A stretch of DNA of 64,000 nt from Oligoflexales bacterium. Lineage in GTDB: Bacteria > Bdellovibrionota_B > Oligoflexia > Oligoflexales > Bog-1112. Made by a program: the position numbers and the translations under genes. Shown piece after piece: positions 1 to 10,081 of this stretch (the stretch's first letter is position 1; each line of letters begins with the position of its first letter). Where the stretch lies: assembly GCA_045105515.1 (NCBI GenBank), contig JBGCDR010000131.1, positions 1-64,000 of the forward strand. Direction: 5' to 3'. Under the pieces are notes generated by a model, which was given only the letters and a program-made list of their open reading frames with translations, ran no database searches and was not told the origin of the DNA.

Positions 1-173
1 GCCAGGCTATTCAGACATTAAAGCCCTAAAAATATACACTATTTAATCGTGGAATGAACCTGGCAAGTAAACGCTGATTGCAAAGACAGTCAAAATCCTT
101 ATGCAGCAAGGCTTTCAACTATTGATCCGCATTATAGTAAATCGCGAATGAATATTGAGTGGTCGGGAGATAA

Positions 174-1355
174 ATGATGAGAAATTTGATCGGTGTAGTC
201 TTACTAGTTTTGAGTTTTGAAAATCTGAATGCCAGTTCGCTGTTGCGTTACATTTCCTCTAAGGATAATGATGCTGATACCTTAGTAGGTGATCATACGG
301 AAATTATTTGCGATGCAGTAGCTTTTGTTGAAGAGGAATATGATGAATTTGATTACGAAAATAAACTGTCACATCTGATTCCTTTGTATGGGAAATCTGA
401 AGATTTAGAAAAAATTGAAGCCTCAAATAATGTGATCATGAAAGATCTTTATGCGCATATCGTCGAGGAATTTATGAATCAAGATGCTAACCCAATCGGT
501 CAGTTCATCTCATTACATGCAGTACTCGAAATGATGGAATTGGCCTTAATTAATGCTGATAGAGCACAAACTTTTTTCCAGGCTTTTGATTCGAAGCCAA
601 CAGTGCGAGAAAAAAAGAAGTGGCGAGAAGTACTATTGGGAAAAAAGAAAACTAAGGAAACCAAACGTTCTGAAAAAAAGGAGATTGAAGGAAAAGCACG
701 AGCTAGCGAAGATGAGAGGGTCTTCGTATTAAAATGGTATAAAAATCTAGAAAATTATCGCGATTTTCTTGATGGTAAGGATCAGGGACTAGAACCACTG
801 CGAAAAGTAAGCCTAACGCATATCGATCTTTTCATTCAATGTTTGGAAGTAGCCTTTTCTGCATCGCTTATTAGCTCGGAAACTCCTTACCTTGTTCAGG
901 CTCAAAAATTAGCCCGCGAGGCAGCAAAAGAATACCTAAGAGACTATCGGAACGATACTACCTCATGGGCTATACTCTGGAATTCTGTGGTCGATGGGAA
1001 GCTACTTCCATTAGAAATTGAGAGAGCAGCAGTTAGATCAAAGGTGACTTTTCTTTCTTTTATGTTCGAAAACAAGTATATCTTGGATATGTTGACTGGA
1101 GTAAATCACGAAATTTCACAGTTAGATAGATTTTTTAAGGCGAGGGCTGCAAAAAAGATCTTAGATAATTTACGTAAAGTTCAGAATGTTGAGGGAGCAG
1201 AAGATTATAAGATTTTGTTCGATATTATCACTACTAAATTGGAAGTTTATTGGAAAAATAATAGTATAAATATAGCACCAATACCAGAGGTAAGATTGCT
1301 AAAAGATGACCAAAATGATGAAGGTTTGGAGGATGGAAATCTAAAAAGCTTATAA
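174..1355 (+). CDS. Hypothetical secreted protein
   Basis: 393-aa ORF with N-terminal signal-peptide-like segment and GGGAG RBS; no family recognised. Confidence 0.75.
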   Translation: MMRNLIGVVLLVLSFENLNASSLLRYISSKDNDADTLVGDHTEIICDAVAFVEEEYDEFDYENKLSHLIPLYGKSEDLEKIEASNNVIMKDLYAHIVEEFMNQDANPIGQFISLHAVLEMMELALINADRAQTFFQAFDSKPTVREKKKWREVLLGKKKTKETKRSEKKEIEGKARASEDERVFVLKWYKNLENYRDFLDGKDQGLEPLRKVSLTHIDLFIQCLEVAFSASLISSETPYLVQAQKLAREAAKEYLRDYRNDTTSWAILWNSVVDGKLLPLEIERAAVRSKVTFLSFMFENKYILDMLTGVNHEISQLDRFFKARAAKKILDNLRKVQNVEGAEDYKILFDIITTKLEVYWKNNSINIAPIPEVRLLKDDQNDEGLEDGNLKSL

Positions 1356-1471
1356 GCTAAATATACCCCCATGCCTAGCCCTAAAGGGACGCCGAGGCAT
1401 CACCTGAAATTTATCTTAAGTGACATAATTAGCTTTGAGCTACTTTAATCAAACCCTTATAGGAGAGAAAT

Positions 1472-2203
1472 TTGAAGATTCAGTTTGTTCGTATATTATT
1501 GGTTTTGTTGGTAACTAATTGTTTTTTGGGAAAAGCATATTCGGTAGAAAAGACTTCACCCATTGTAAATTTTTATCCGAATTTTTTTCTTTATCCAGAG
1601 GCTTTTGTTCATCTAGGAATTGATAATTTTAGAAATGATATTAGGGAAGCTTTTCTCGACCTAGAAGATAAATATAATGTGATTGATGTGGGCTCTGGAA
1701 CTTTGCCTGCAGCCCACTATTTTGCCACTATCCGCCAATTGCAGCCAAGCAACATAGCATATAGTGATACTCAAAAAAACCTACTTTGGGGGTTGAGAAA
1801 TTATGCACAAGGCAACTCCCAATTTAAGGGTACAAGATTCCAATTTAAAAAGGTGGATTGGCAAGACAGAGAAACTGTAGAGGAAAAGTTCCCTAATAAG
1901 GCTGATGTAGTGATTATGTCTCATCCAAACTTGACAGGAGCTACTATTACTCGTATCCGCAATGGAATTAATAAAATTATCGAAGATCAAACAAACTGGG
2001 ATTTAGTATTTGAGAATGCGGTTTCAAGAATGAGATCCAAAGGCAGTTTGTTGGTGTTTCTCCAGAATTCAGATGAAATTATAAAATTGAAGCAACTAGT
2101 CAATGAAAGTGAGTTAGAAATTCGATTTGAAAAACAATTGAAAAAGGTCGGACTCTTTTATTATATGGCAGTTCTTAAAAATGCAGAAGATTTTGAAGAG
2201 TGA
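1472..2203 (+). CDS. Class I SAM-dependent methyltransferase-like protein with predicted signal peptide
   Basis: Motif I VIDVGSG; AGGAG RBS before TTG; hydrophobic N-terminus ending AYS. Confidence 0.6.
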   Translation: MKIQFVRILLVLLVTNCFLGKAYSVEKTSPIVNFYPNFFLYPEAFVHLGIDNFRNDIREAFLDLEDKYNVIDVGSGTLPAAHYFATIRQLQPSNIAYSDTQKNLLWGLRNYAQGNSQFKGTRFQFKKVDWQDRETVEEKFPNKADVVIMSHPNLTGATITRIRNGINKIIEDQTNWDLVFENAVSRMRSKGSLLVFLQNSDEIIKLKQLVNESELEIRFEKQLKKVGLFYYMAVLKNAEDFEE

Positions 2204-2544
2204 TAGCGATACTGGTCAAGATGCCTTATCGTTGGCAGACATCGATATGGAGGGTAGAGACCGAGGTGGAACTTAACGGTCGGTCATCTTCGGTACTGAT
2301 TTTTCTTCTTTCTCCGCTTCCTCATCACCTTTTAAGGTAGCCTCAATGATTCTGTATAGTATCATGCTATGGTAAATCTTTCTTGAACTTACTATTCCAA
2401 TGAGTTTTCCTATTAAATTTAACATGCTAAAATTAATGATTTTTATACTTACCGACTTAACAAAGTTGTTGATGTGACGAGAAGTCATATTGGAGACATA
2501 TAACTACAGCGCTAATATTATTGATAATTTCTAGGATAACCACA

Positions 2545-3615
2545 ATGAGAATCTTAATAGCCTTCACTATAATTCTTTCATCTTGTTCGACAAAGAATTT
2601 TGATAAAGAAATTAAAGATATTAGAGCTCCTTTTGATGGACAACGCTTTAACAATATTGAACCGTTCAAGGATAAAAGTTTTTGGGATGTAATGAGTTGG
2701 AGAATCTTTACTGAAAGATCTGAATGGGAAGTGGTTAAAAACCAAAAATTCAGTAAACCTAGTGTAAAACGTTCTAAAGAACTTATTTTAACTCTAATTG
2801 GTCATTCTAGCGTTTTAATTCAAATCGACGATGTCAACATTATAACCGATCCTCATTACTCCGAGCGAGCCTCACCAGTTTCTTTTGCAGGCCCAAAAAG
2901 AGTTATAAAACCTGCAATAAAATTTGAAGACCTACCACCTATAGACTTTGTGCTTATCAGCCACAACCATTATGATCACTTGGATATCGAGACCTTAAAG
3001 AGCTTAGATCAAGTTCATGCACCTGAATTTCTTGTTGGGCTTGGAAATAAAGCTCTTCTTGAGAATGAAGGCATAAAAAAAATTGTAGAAATGGACTGGT
3101 GGGATTTCCATAAAAATAATTCTTTAAAGATACACTTTACTCCGGTTCAACATTGGTCTGCGAGAGGAATTTTTGATAGAAGAACCACGCTTTGGGGAGG
3201 TTTCATTATCGAAGGAAGTAAAAAAATATTTTTTGCCGGAGATACTGGTTATGGAAAAGTATTTAAACAATTATATGATGATTATGGGCCGATGGATGTT
3301 GGTCTTATTCCTATTGGCGCATACGAACCCAGAGGATTTATGAAAAATGCCCATATTAACCCTGAGGAAGCAGTCAAAATTTTCTTAGACCTTAAAATAA
3401 AATATGGCTTTGGTATTCATTCTCGTACTTTTGCGGATCTTACGGATGAACCCCGAGACCAACCTCTTAAGGATCTTCGTACGGCAATGCAGAAATATAA
3501 AATAGAAGAAGGAAAATTTATCGCGCCGGATTTTGGAAAAGAATATAAGATTCATAATACTGCTAATAGCCTACATTTGTTTAATCCACCTTCATCTCGA
3601 ACGGTGGGGGAATAA
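2545..3615 (+). CDS. MBL-fold metallo-hydrolase (NAPE-PLD/RomA-like) lipoprotein
   Basis: SHNHYDHLD, HWS and AGDTGY motifs; lipobox LSSC; start moved to ATG 2545. Confidence 0.85.
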   Translation: MRILIAFTIILSSCSTKNFDKEIKDIRAPFDGQRFNNIEPFKDKSFWDVMSWRIFTERSEWEVVKNQKFSKPSVKRSKELILTLIGHSSVLIQIDDVNIITDPHYSERASPVSFAGPKRVIKPAIKFEDLPPIDFVLISHNHYDHLDIETLKSLDQVHAPEFLVGLGNKALLENEGIKKIVEMDWWDFHKNNSLKIHFTPVQHWSARGIFDRRTTLWGGFIIEGSKKIFFAGDTGYGKVFKQLYDDYGPMDVGLIPIGAYEPRGFMKNAHINPEEAVKIFLDLKIKYGFGIHSRTFADLTDEPRDQPLKDLRTAMQKYKIEEGKFIAPDFGKEYKIHNTANSLHLFNPPSSRTVGE

Positions 3616-3630
3616 GATGCCTACACCTAC

Positions 3631-4623
3631 TTAGGTAGCATTGAAGGTCACAAACTCTAGTGGTAAAGAGTTTTGCTCTGCTTGCATCTTAATTTTTTTA
3701 ATAGCGCGATTCACCCGGTAAAGATACTTTTTGGCGGTTTCTTGATGAAAGCCAAAGTGAATGTAGATAGGATTTGCAGGATTTTTTTGCCACTCTTCAA
3801 CGTTCTCACTAAAAACTTTTAGCATATCGTATTCTGACATGTAATCTGCTAAGCAGCCATTGTCTGGCATTTCTGTGACACTTGAATTTTCGGTGTTTAT
3901 CACATAGGGCTGAGAAATAGAACTTGCATCAGGCCAAAGTTGCTTAGTCCAAAGTGGGATGGCATAATCCTTTAGCTTTTCTTTAAAATGTAGGTTTGAT
4001 ATTTCAGAGCTATCATATAAGAATCCTTCCTGAGATAAAGCTTCCAAGACATTTGTTGAAGCCATCCAGCCCCCAGCTCTAAAACTTAGTGGGCGTGGAA
4101 ATCCTTGCTTACTCAAAATATCCAGGCTCTTTCCGATGATTTGCCTTAACTCAGTGGCTTGATATCGAGAAATAGGGACTTCGTGACCGCAATCACCTGT
4201 TCTGCATGCTTCGATCTGCTGCTGATGATATCTTTTCGGCGTCCACTTTGGAAAATGGCGATAGTTAACACCACTAGCCTCAATTAAACTCTTCCAAGCG
4301 TGGATATGTAAACCTAATTCATCTTGTTGACGCAGAACAGAGCGAATTTTTTTGCTAACTTCTTCGGGCACAGCACCCTTTTTAGTAAAATAAGCAGCAT
4401 TGAGAAAATGGAGTAGGGGAAGGTTTGGATGCTCTTGCCTAAACTTATCCATAATTTTTAAATTCTTGCTGTCTAGGTCTCTTCCTTCCCAGTCAACACT
4501 AATGGTAATGTAAATTTTAGCACTATTTGGTAAGGCAAATACATTTTTGTTTATGATGAAAAGTAATGTACATAAAAAAATGGCATACAAATAAAATGGT
4601 CTCAAATGGCTAAATGGCTTCAT
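3631..4623 (-). CDS. Polysaccharide deacetylase/NodB-like (CE4-related) secreted protein
   Basis: ISVDWEG, ELGLHIH, SFRAGGW and YDSS motifs; signal peptide. Confidence 0.7.
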   Translation of the reverse strand: MKPFSHLRPFYLYAIFLCTLLFIINKNVFALPNSAKIYITISVDWEGRDLDSKNLKIMDKFRQEHPNLPLLHFLNAAYFTKKGAVPEEVSKKIRSVLRQQDELGLHIHAWKSLIEASGVNYRHFPKWTPKRYHQQQIEACRTGDCGHEVPISRYQATELRQIIGKSLDILSKQGFPRPLSFRAGGWMASTNVLEALSQEGFLYDSSEISNLHFKEKLKDYAIPLWTKQLWPDASSISQPYVINTENSSVTEMPDNGCLADYMSEYDMLKVFSENVEEWQKNPANPIYIHFGFHQETAKKYLYRVNRAIKKIKMQAEQNSLPLEFVTFNAT

Positions 4624-4901
4624 AAAAACCTCTAAAAATAGTTTTAAAATTTAGAAACTATATTTATCTTTTCGAGGAAGATTACAATGTTTTTGTAATA
4701 GTGCTAGATTTAGCCGATATGGTAGGCTTTTTCATCGGGTATCCATGCGCAGGTTGCAGCTGCCAAAATAACCTTATTAGATTAATTAAGTGTCTTCGTA
4801 TACACGCCCTAAAATTTCAAGATTTAACCTATGAAAAATCCTCTTAAGCAAATGAAACTTATTTGTTTATAACCTTTAGTATTTTATAGCTAAGACTTAA
4901 G

Positions 4902-5651
4902 GTGTTTACTATTCATTTACAAGGATTTTTTATGTTTACTTTGAGCATACAAACTTATCAAAATTTAATCTTAGTTGGAAGTATTATAGCGGGCGCTAAA
5001 GCTAGCTTGGCAAAGGACATAGCGAGTTATTCTGATCTTTTTTGTAGTCAATTTGCTGAGCATGCAACTAAAGATGAGCTTATCCTCGATTTTCCTGAGC
5101 CAACTAAGGTAACAGATTTGGTCAAGTTCGTGAAAGGACATTCAAAAATTGATATAGCAATGGATCGGAATATCTCTGGTAGTATTCAAATTTTTGCTAA
5201 GGAAAAAAAAGATATCAGACTTAAGTGTGAAGAATTTTTGGCTGCACTAAAAAATCTTCACTTAACCGTAGTTCCTCAAAACGGAATCTATAGCGTAATG
5301 AAACTTAGAAATGCTCGAATATCAAGTATTCCTACTTTTTATCCTGGTGAAAAAATTCCAGAAACTAACCAACTAGTGCGAAAAATCATAAAATTAAGAT
5401 ATGGAAATATTAATTCATTAAAGTTGACATTAAGTCGAATGATCCAGCCAAGCCAAATCATTGCCGAGCCAGCAAGTAACACGTTCATAATTACGGAATC
5501 GGGAACTGTTATTAATAAGCTATTAAAGATGTTAGAGTTGTTTGACCGTCCTTGTGATTCTCAGTGCCGGAAAAGGATTAAAGAAATGAACTCAAACCAA
5601 AATAATGCATATGAAAAGAAAAATGCTGAAAAAAGTAAGCAGGTAAGTTAA
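4902..5651 (+). CDS. Stand-alone secretin (GspD-like) N-terminal domain protein
   Basis: N0/N1-like segments (IIKLRYGN...SNTFIITES...LELFD); no secretin barrel; start may be ATG 4932. Confidence 0.55.
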   Translation: MFTIHLQGFFMFTLSIQTYQNLILVGSIIAGAKASLAKDIASYSDLFCSQFAEHATKDELILDFPEPTKVTDLVKFVKGHSKIDIAMDRNISGSIQIFAKEKKDIRLKCEEFLAALKNLHLTVVPQNGIYSVMKLRNARISSIPTFYPGEKIPETNQLVRKIIKLRYGNINSLKLTLSRMIQPSQIIAEPASNTFIITESGTVINKLLKMLELFDRPCDSQCRKRIKEMNSNQNNAYEKKNAEKSKQVS

Positions 5652-5678
5652 GGGCCTTAAGGGTCATAGGAGCTTTTT

Positions 5679-6509
5679 ATGGAATACAAGTCAACAATCC
5701 AATGCCACTTGTATAACAAAGATCCAATCTTGAGGATTGAAAATGAAATAAGAAGTGCAAATTTGAAAGAACCATTACAAGTAGAAGAATTGCTTGAGTT
5801 CGACCAAATGCACTATTTAGGAACCGAAGCTATCGATAAAGCGATAGCGAGTATTTTTATAGAAAACAGTCACTTAGTATTGGATATTGGTTGCGGTTTT
5901 GGTGGGCCTGCAAGGTATTTAGCTAAAAAAGTTGGTTGCCAGGTTCATGGCATTGAAATTCAGGAGAAAATCGCTGAGTTTGCACAACAACTGAATATGA
6001 AGGTCAACATGCAGGAGCAGGTTCACATAAGAACAGGTAATTTCTTAAATTTGGAAATAACTCAAACTTATGACCGTATTATCTCTTATTTGGTTTTTCT
6101 TCATATTCCAGACAAGACAAAACTTTGGTCTCAACTTGCTGCAAGCCTTAAGGAAAAAGCCCAATTTTACGTCGAAGATTTTATACGTTTAAGGCAATTG
6201 GAACCCATCGAAGAAAAAATTCTAAAATCAGTAGTAGGAGCTGAAGGTATACAAGATTTAGAAACCTACCGATACAGCATTGAAAAGCAAGGGCTTGAAG
6301 TCAATGAATGCATAGATTTAAGCAAGATTTGGGCGACATGGACAAAAGAACGGGCAAATGCCTACCTTAAACAAGTGACTGAACAAGCGAAAAAACATGG
6401 AGTGGAGGCGGCTGAACATATGCTTGAATTTTTTCAAGTGGTTGCAAAACTTTTTGCAGAAGGTGCAATTGGTGGCATCGCAATACGTGGTATAAAAAAT
6501 CCTCAATAA
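5679..6509 (+). CDS. SAM-dependent methyltransferase (sarcosine/dimethylglycine N-methyltransferase-like)
   Basis: FDQMHYLG and VLDIGCGFGGPARYLA motifs. Confidence 0.8.
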   Translation: MEYKSTIQCHLYNKDPILRIENEIRSANLKEPLQVEELLEFDQMHYLGTEAIDKAIASIFIENSHLVLDIGCGFGGPARYLAKKVGCQVHGIEIQEKIAEFAQQLNMKVNMQEQVHIRTGNFLNLEITQTYDRIISYLVFLHIPDKTKLWSQLAASLKEKAQFYVEDFIRLRQLEPIEEKILKSVVGAEGIQDLETYRYSIEKQGLEVNECIDLSKIWATWTKERANAYLKQVTEQAKKHGVEAAEHMLEFFQVVAKLFAEGAIGGIAIRGIKNPQ

Positions 6510-6702
6510 TTTTTCTGTCTAAAAAACCAGAACCAGGGCCATAAGCAATAAACCAGATCCGAACTTCAAAGTTCTTCACTATGGATTAGAATTACTTGAA
6601 GAATGATGAGGGTGGTTAAAATTGTTGCAGTGCAAGTATATGAAGCTACTTTCTTGCCGATAAGCATTCTTTATTTTTTCTTTAAATGGTGAGATAAAGT
6701 AA

Positions 6703-8391
6703 TTGTGGCATGAAGTCCTTAGATCTCTAACAGGATGCAAATTTATGGATAAAGATAGCTTTCAGTCTTTTGGTGCCGACAACAATCCTGGTAAAAATTG
6801 TGAACAGCATAAGGTTGATATAAAAGCTAAATCCAAGGGAGGAAGCCTCACCTACGCCAATGATATTGTAGAAAGCGATCAAGCTTCAGGAAACCTAGCA
6901 GACATTAAACAGCTAAGCTTAGGTGCTTCCATATTGAGCTTGGGTTATGTTTTTTGGATCGTTGGCGGAATGGAAATGGTTGAACGTCTTGCCTATTATG
7001 GAGTCAAGGCAGTAGCAACTTTATATGCAAAAGATCCTGTTTCCAAGGGTGGGCTTGGAATAACTATGTCATCTTTTGGAACGATCTTGATGATTTGGGC
7101 CTTGGTACAATCGATCCTTCCCGTTTTTACCGGTGGAATCTCAGATCGGTATGGATACAAACAAACTATCTTTATTTCTACATTGATCAAAATTGCTGGC
7201 TATTTAGTGATGGCATTTTTTCCAACATATTCGGGTTTTTTCTGTGGAGCTGTGCTTCTTGCAGCAGGCACTGCTGTGTTTAAGCCTGGAATCCAAGGAA
7301 CTTTGGTGAAAGCAACTAGTCGAGAAAATAGCTCTATGGCTTGGGGGATTTTTTACCAAACTGTTAATATAGGTGGTTTCCTCGGCCCTCTTGTTGCTGG
7401 TTTGATGCGTAAAATGGCTTGGTCAAATGTGTTTCTCGCATGTGCTGGGATTATCTGTTTAAACTTTATTCTCTTATTAATGTACCGTGAGCCTGATAAG
7501 GAAGAACGTATTGAACGTAACAAGCTTATCAAGGCAGGTAAGATTGAAGAAACCAGCTTAGTTAGAGAGTCCTTGCAAGAGCTGGCGAAAACTCATGTAT
7601 GGGTCTATCTGCTGATTTTTTCTGGGTTTTGGTTTATGTTCAATGCTCTGTTTGATGTCTTACCAGCCCATATATCAGATTGGGTTGATACCACAGTGAT
7701 TGTACAAACTCTGTTTGGTAACGAAGGAACGGACAGTGCTATTGTCAAATTTTTTGTAGTTATGAACGAGGCTGGTACTGAAATCCTTCCAGAAGGAATG
7801 CTGAATTTAAACGCAGCTCTTATTATGATCAGTTGCTTCTTGTTTGCTTACCTTAGTGGAAAGATGCGAGCAACTACCAGTATGGTTATTGGTACCTTGT
7901 TTGCAACTTTGGCACTTTTTATAGCAGGAAGCTTTACTTCGGGCTGGTTAATGGTTTTTGGAATCTTAGTCTTTAGTGTTGGTGAAATGTTATCTAGTCC
8001 GAAGTTTAGCGAATATATAGGTAATTTTGCCCCAGAAGATAAAAAAGCTATGTACTTGGGTTTCTCCCAGATACCATTAGCGATTGGCTGGACTTTGGAG
8101 GGAAAGCTAGGTCCCATGTTGTATGATACCTTTGCTTCAAAAGAACGCTTTTCTCGTGAGCTTTTATTGGAAAGGGGATTGAGACCCGATCTAGTTGCAC
8201 GGATCCCTCAAGGAGAGGCATTCGATAACTTAGTGAACTTTACCGGTGAGACCCCTAAAGCTTTAACGAACTTACTATATCAAGGCCACAATGTAGGTTA
8301 TGTATGGTATATCATGGGAATTGTTGGTATTGTTTCAGCTGTGGGTATTTATATTTATGGTAAGTGGGTGCTTTCCATTACAAGGAAATAG
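6703..8391 (+). CDS. MFS proton-dependent oligopeptide (POT/PTR) transporter
   Basis: EMVERLAYYG (ExxERxxYYG signature), FYQTVNIG, multiple TM helices; true start may be ATG 6745. Confidence 0.85.
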   Translation: MWHEVLRSLTGCKFMDKDSFQSFGADNNPGKNCEQHKVDIKAKSKGGSLTYANDIVESDQASGNLADIKQLSLGASILSLGYVFWIVGGMEMVERLAYYGVKAVATLYAKDPVSKGGLGITMSSFGTILMIWALVQSILPVFTGGISDRYGYKQTIFISTLIKIAGYLVMAFFPTYSGFFCGAVLLAAGTAVFKPGIQGTLVKATSRENSSMAWGIFYQTVNIGGFLGPLVAGLMRKMAWSNVFLACAGIICLNFILLLMYREPDKEERIERNKLIKAGKIEETSLVRESLQELAKTHVWVYLLIFSGFWFMFNALFDVLPAHISDWVDTTVIVQTLFGNEGTDSAIVKFFVVMNEAGTEILPEGMLNLNAALIMISCFLFAYLSGKMRATTSMVIGTLFATLALFIAGSFTSGWLMVFGILVFSVGEMLSSPKFSEYIGNFAPEDKKAMYLGFSQIPLAIGWTLEGKLGPMLYDTFASKERFSRELLLERGLRPDLVARIPQGEAFDNLVNFTGETPKALTNLLYQGHNVGYVWYIMGIVGIVSAVGIYIYGKWVLSITRK

Positions 8392-8396
8392 CTGCT

Positions 8397-9107
8397 CTAG
8401 CGAATATTAAACTTCTTTTTTCGCTCTCTAATTTTTTTAAAGTCCCCAAGATGGCTTCCGTATTTTCCATCAGTCATAGCGCAGTAACCAAGCTCAGTGG
8501 GGATGTACCCAGGGTAATCATCCTCCCAGTTATTCCCACTTGTGTGTGAGTAGCCAAGATTGTGACCAACTTCATGAGCCAGGGTGTTAATCCAAACGTC
8601 GAGTTCTTTGGAATTAGAAGAGTGTTGGCGGTTGCTTGCTAGTTTTTCAGGATCAATGCTTATTTCTAAATTAAGAAGCTCATAGTTTTTTCGATCAATT
8701 TCTGCAATGCCTACTTTGGCCTTGCCTAAGACCCTTGCATCGAGTTTGCTCTTGATGAGCTTTATCTGAAAACGTTTAAATTTATTAAGGAAAGCTACCT
8801 GTCCTGACCATGTTTTTCTAAGCGAGTCTTTACTAAGCGTTCTCCGACGTATTTTACCCGATTTTCTTTCAAGGTAGACAGGACGAAATGACTCCCGGTA
8901 AATACAATTGGCTACCTGAGCTGTTATTAAGCGCGCAAACATTGTTTCACTCGCTTTTTGGACTGTATTTTTTTCCTTTTCATTCCATTCATTGCCAGCA
9001 AAATCAATTTTGACGGTCACCTGAGCACCATAAGATGGATAGGAAAATAGAAAAATCATTTTAATAAGGATGAGTTTATTAATTTTTATCAAAGCGGATG
9101 CCCCCAA
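8397..9107 (-). CDS. Secreted zinc metallopeptidase (metzincin-type motif)
   Basis: HEVGHNLGYSH = HExxHxxGxxH; signal-like N-terminus. Confidence 0.7.
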   Translation of the reverse strand: MGASALIKINKLILIKMIFLFSYPSYGAQVTVKIDFAGNEWNEKEKNTVQKASETMFARLITAQVANCIYRESFRPVYLERKSGKIRRRTLSKDSLRKTWSGQVAFLNKFKRFQIKLIKSKLDARVLGKAKVGIAEIDRKNYELLNLEISIDPEKLASNRQHSSNSKELDVWINTLAHEVGHNLGYSHTSGNNWEDDYPGYIPTELGYCAMTDGKYGSHLGDFKKIRERKKKFNIR

Positions 9108-10081
9108 AAACTTGCTTTAGGCCCTACAATTTGGCTTCCTGATTGGCGGATGCCATCACCGCGATCTTTTGTTAGCAGGAGTGGACCATCCAGATCTACA
9201 ATCTGTGCTTGATTTGCCAGCAAAAAAGCTGGGGCTATCGACAATGATGTGCATACCATACAGCCAAGCATAATACCGAATTTTGCGCGTTTAGCTGCTT
9301 CAAGCACAGAAAGGGCTTCGGTCAATCCCCCGGTTTTATCAAGCTTTATATTTACATAATCATACTTGTCCCGGCATTTGTCTATGTCTTCGAGGGTATG
9401 ACAAGATTCATCGGCGCAAATGGGTACTAAGCGAGCACATGTTTCTAAAGCTTGATCTGCTCCAGCCGGCAAGGGCTGTTCAACCAATTCGACTCTAAGG
9501 CGCTTCAATTCTGGTAAAAAATTACTTAGCTGCTCCAGCTCCCATGCTTCATTGGCATCAACTATAATCCTAGCCCATGGAGCTGCGTCCCGCACAGCCT
9601 CAACTCGTTTTAAATCGTCGGTGCCTTTGAGCTTTAATTTAAATAGGTCCCAGTCCTTCAGTTCTTCAACTCTCTTTGCCATGAGTTCGGCTTTATCAAT
9701 CCCTATTGTGTAAGCGGTGCCAACTTTTTGTGGAGGAGAAAGTTGCGCGAGTTCCCAAACAGGCTTTCCCTGTTTCTTTGCCTCATAATCCCATAGTGCG
9801 CAGTCGAGGGCATTACGAGCTGCTCCAGCAGGGAGTAATTCCAGTAGTTTTTGTCGGCTTGGGTCCTTGCTTATCTTAGGGCTTACCTCTTTAATACTTT
9901 TAAGGCACCCACTTACAGTCTCGCCATAACGTGGGTAAGGAACCCCTTCCCCACGACCTAGGAGCCTTCCCTGCTCATGGATTTCGACTAAGATCACTTC
10001 TGCAGTAGTTTTGCTGCCCCTTGAGATATTAAAAGAGCCTTTTATCGGCCATGATTCTGAGTAAGAGTGGATCGTCAGCAC
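9089..10081 (-). CDS. dgcA: N-acetyl-D-Glu racemase / L-Ala-D/L-Glu epimerase (enolase superfamily)
   Basis: KLK, DANE, EQP, DES, NIKLDKTGG and DLDG motifs; adjacent to DUF1611 gene. Confidence 0.85.
   Translation of the reverse strand: MLTIHSYSESWPIKGSFNISRGSKTTAEVILVEIHEQGRLLGRGEGVPYPRYGETVSGCLKSIKEVSPKISKDPSRQKLLELLPAGAARNALDCALWDYEAKKQGKPVWELAQLSPPQKVGTAYTIGIDKAELMAKRVEELKDWDLFKLKLKGTDDLKRVEAVRDAAPWARIIVDANEAWELEQLSNFLPELKRLRVELVEQPLPAGADQALETCARLVPICADESCHTLEDIDKCRDKYDYVNIKLDKTGGLTEALSVLEAAKRAKFGIMLGCMVCTSLSIAPAFLLANQAQIVDLDGPLLLTKDRGDGIRQSGSQIVGPKASFWGHPL

Noticed and set aside
2273..2669. Short minus-strand ORFs of 70-71 aa
   Set aside because: No motif or RBS; one overlaps the MBL gene antisense
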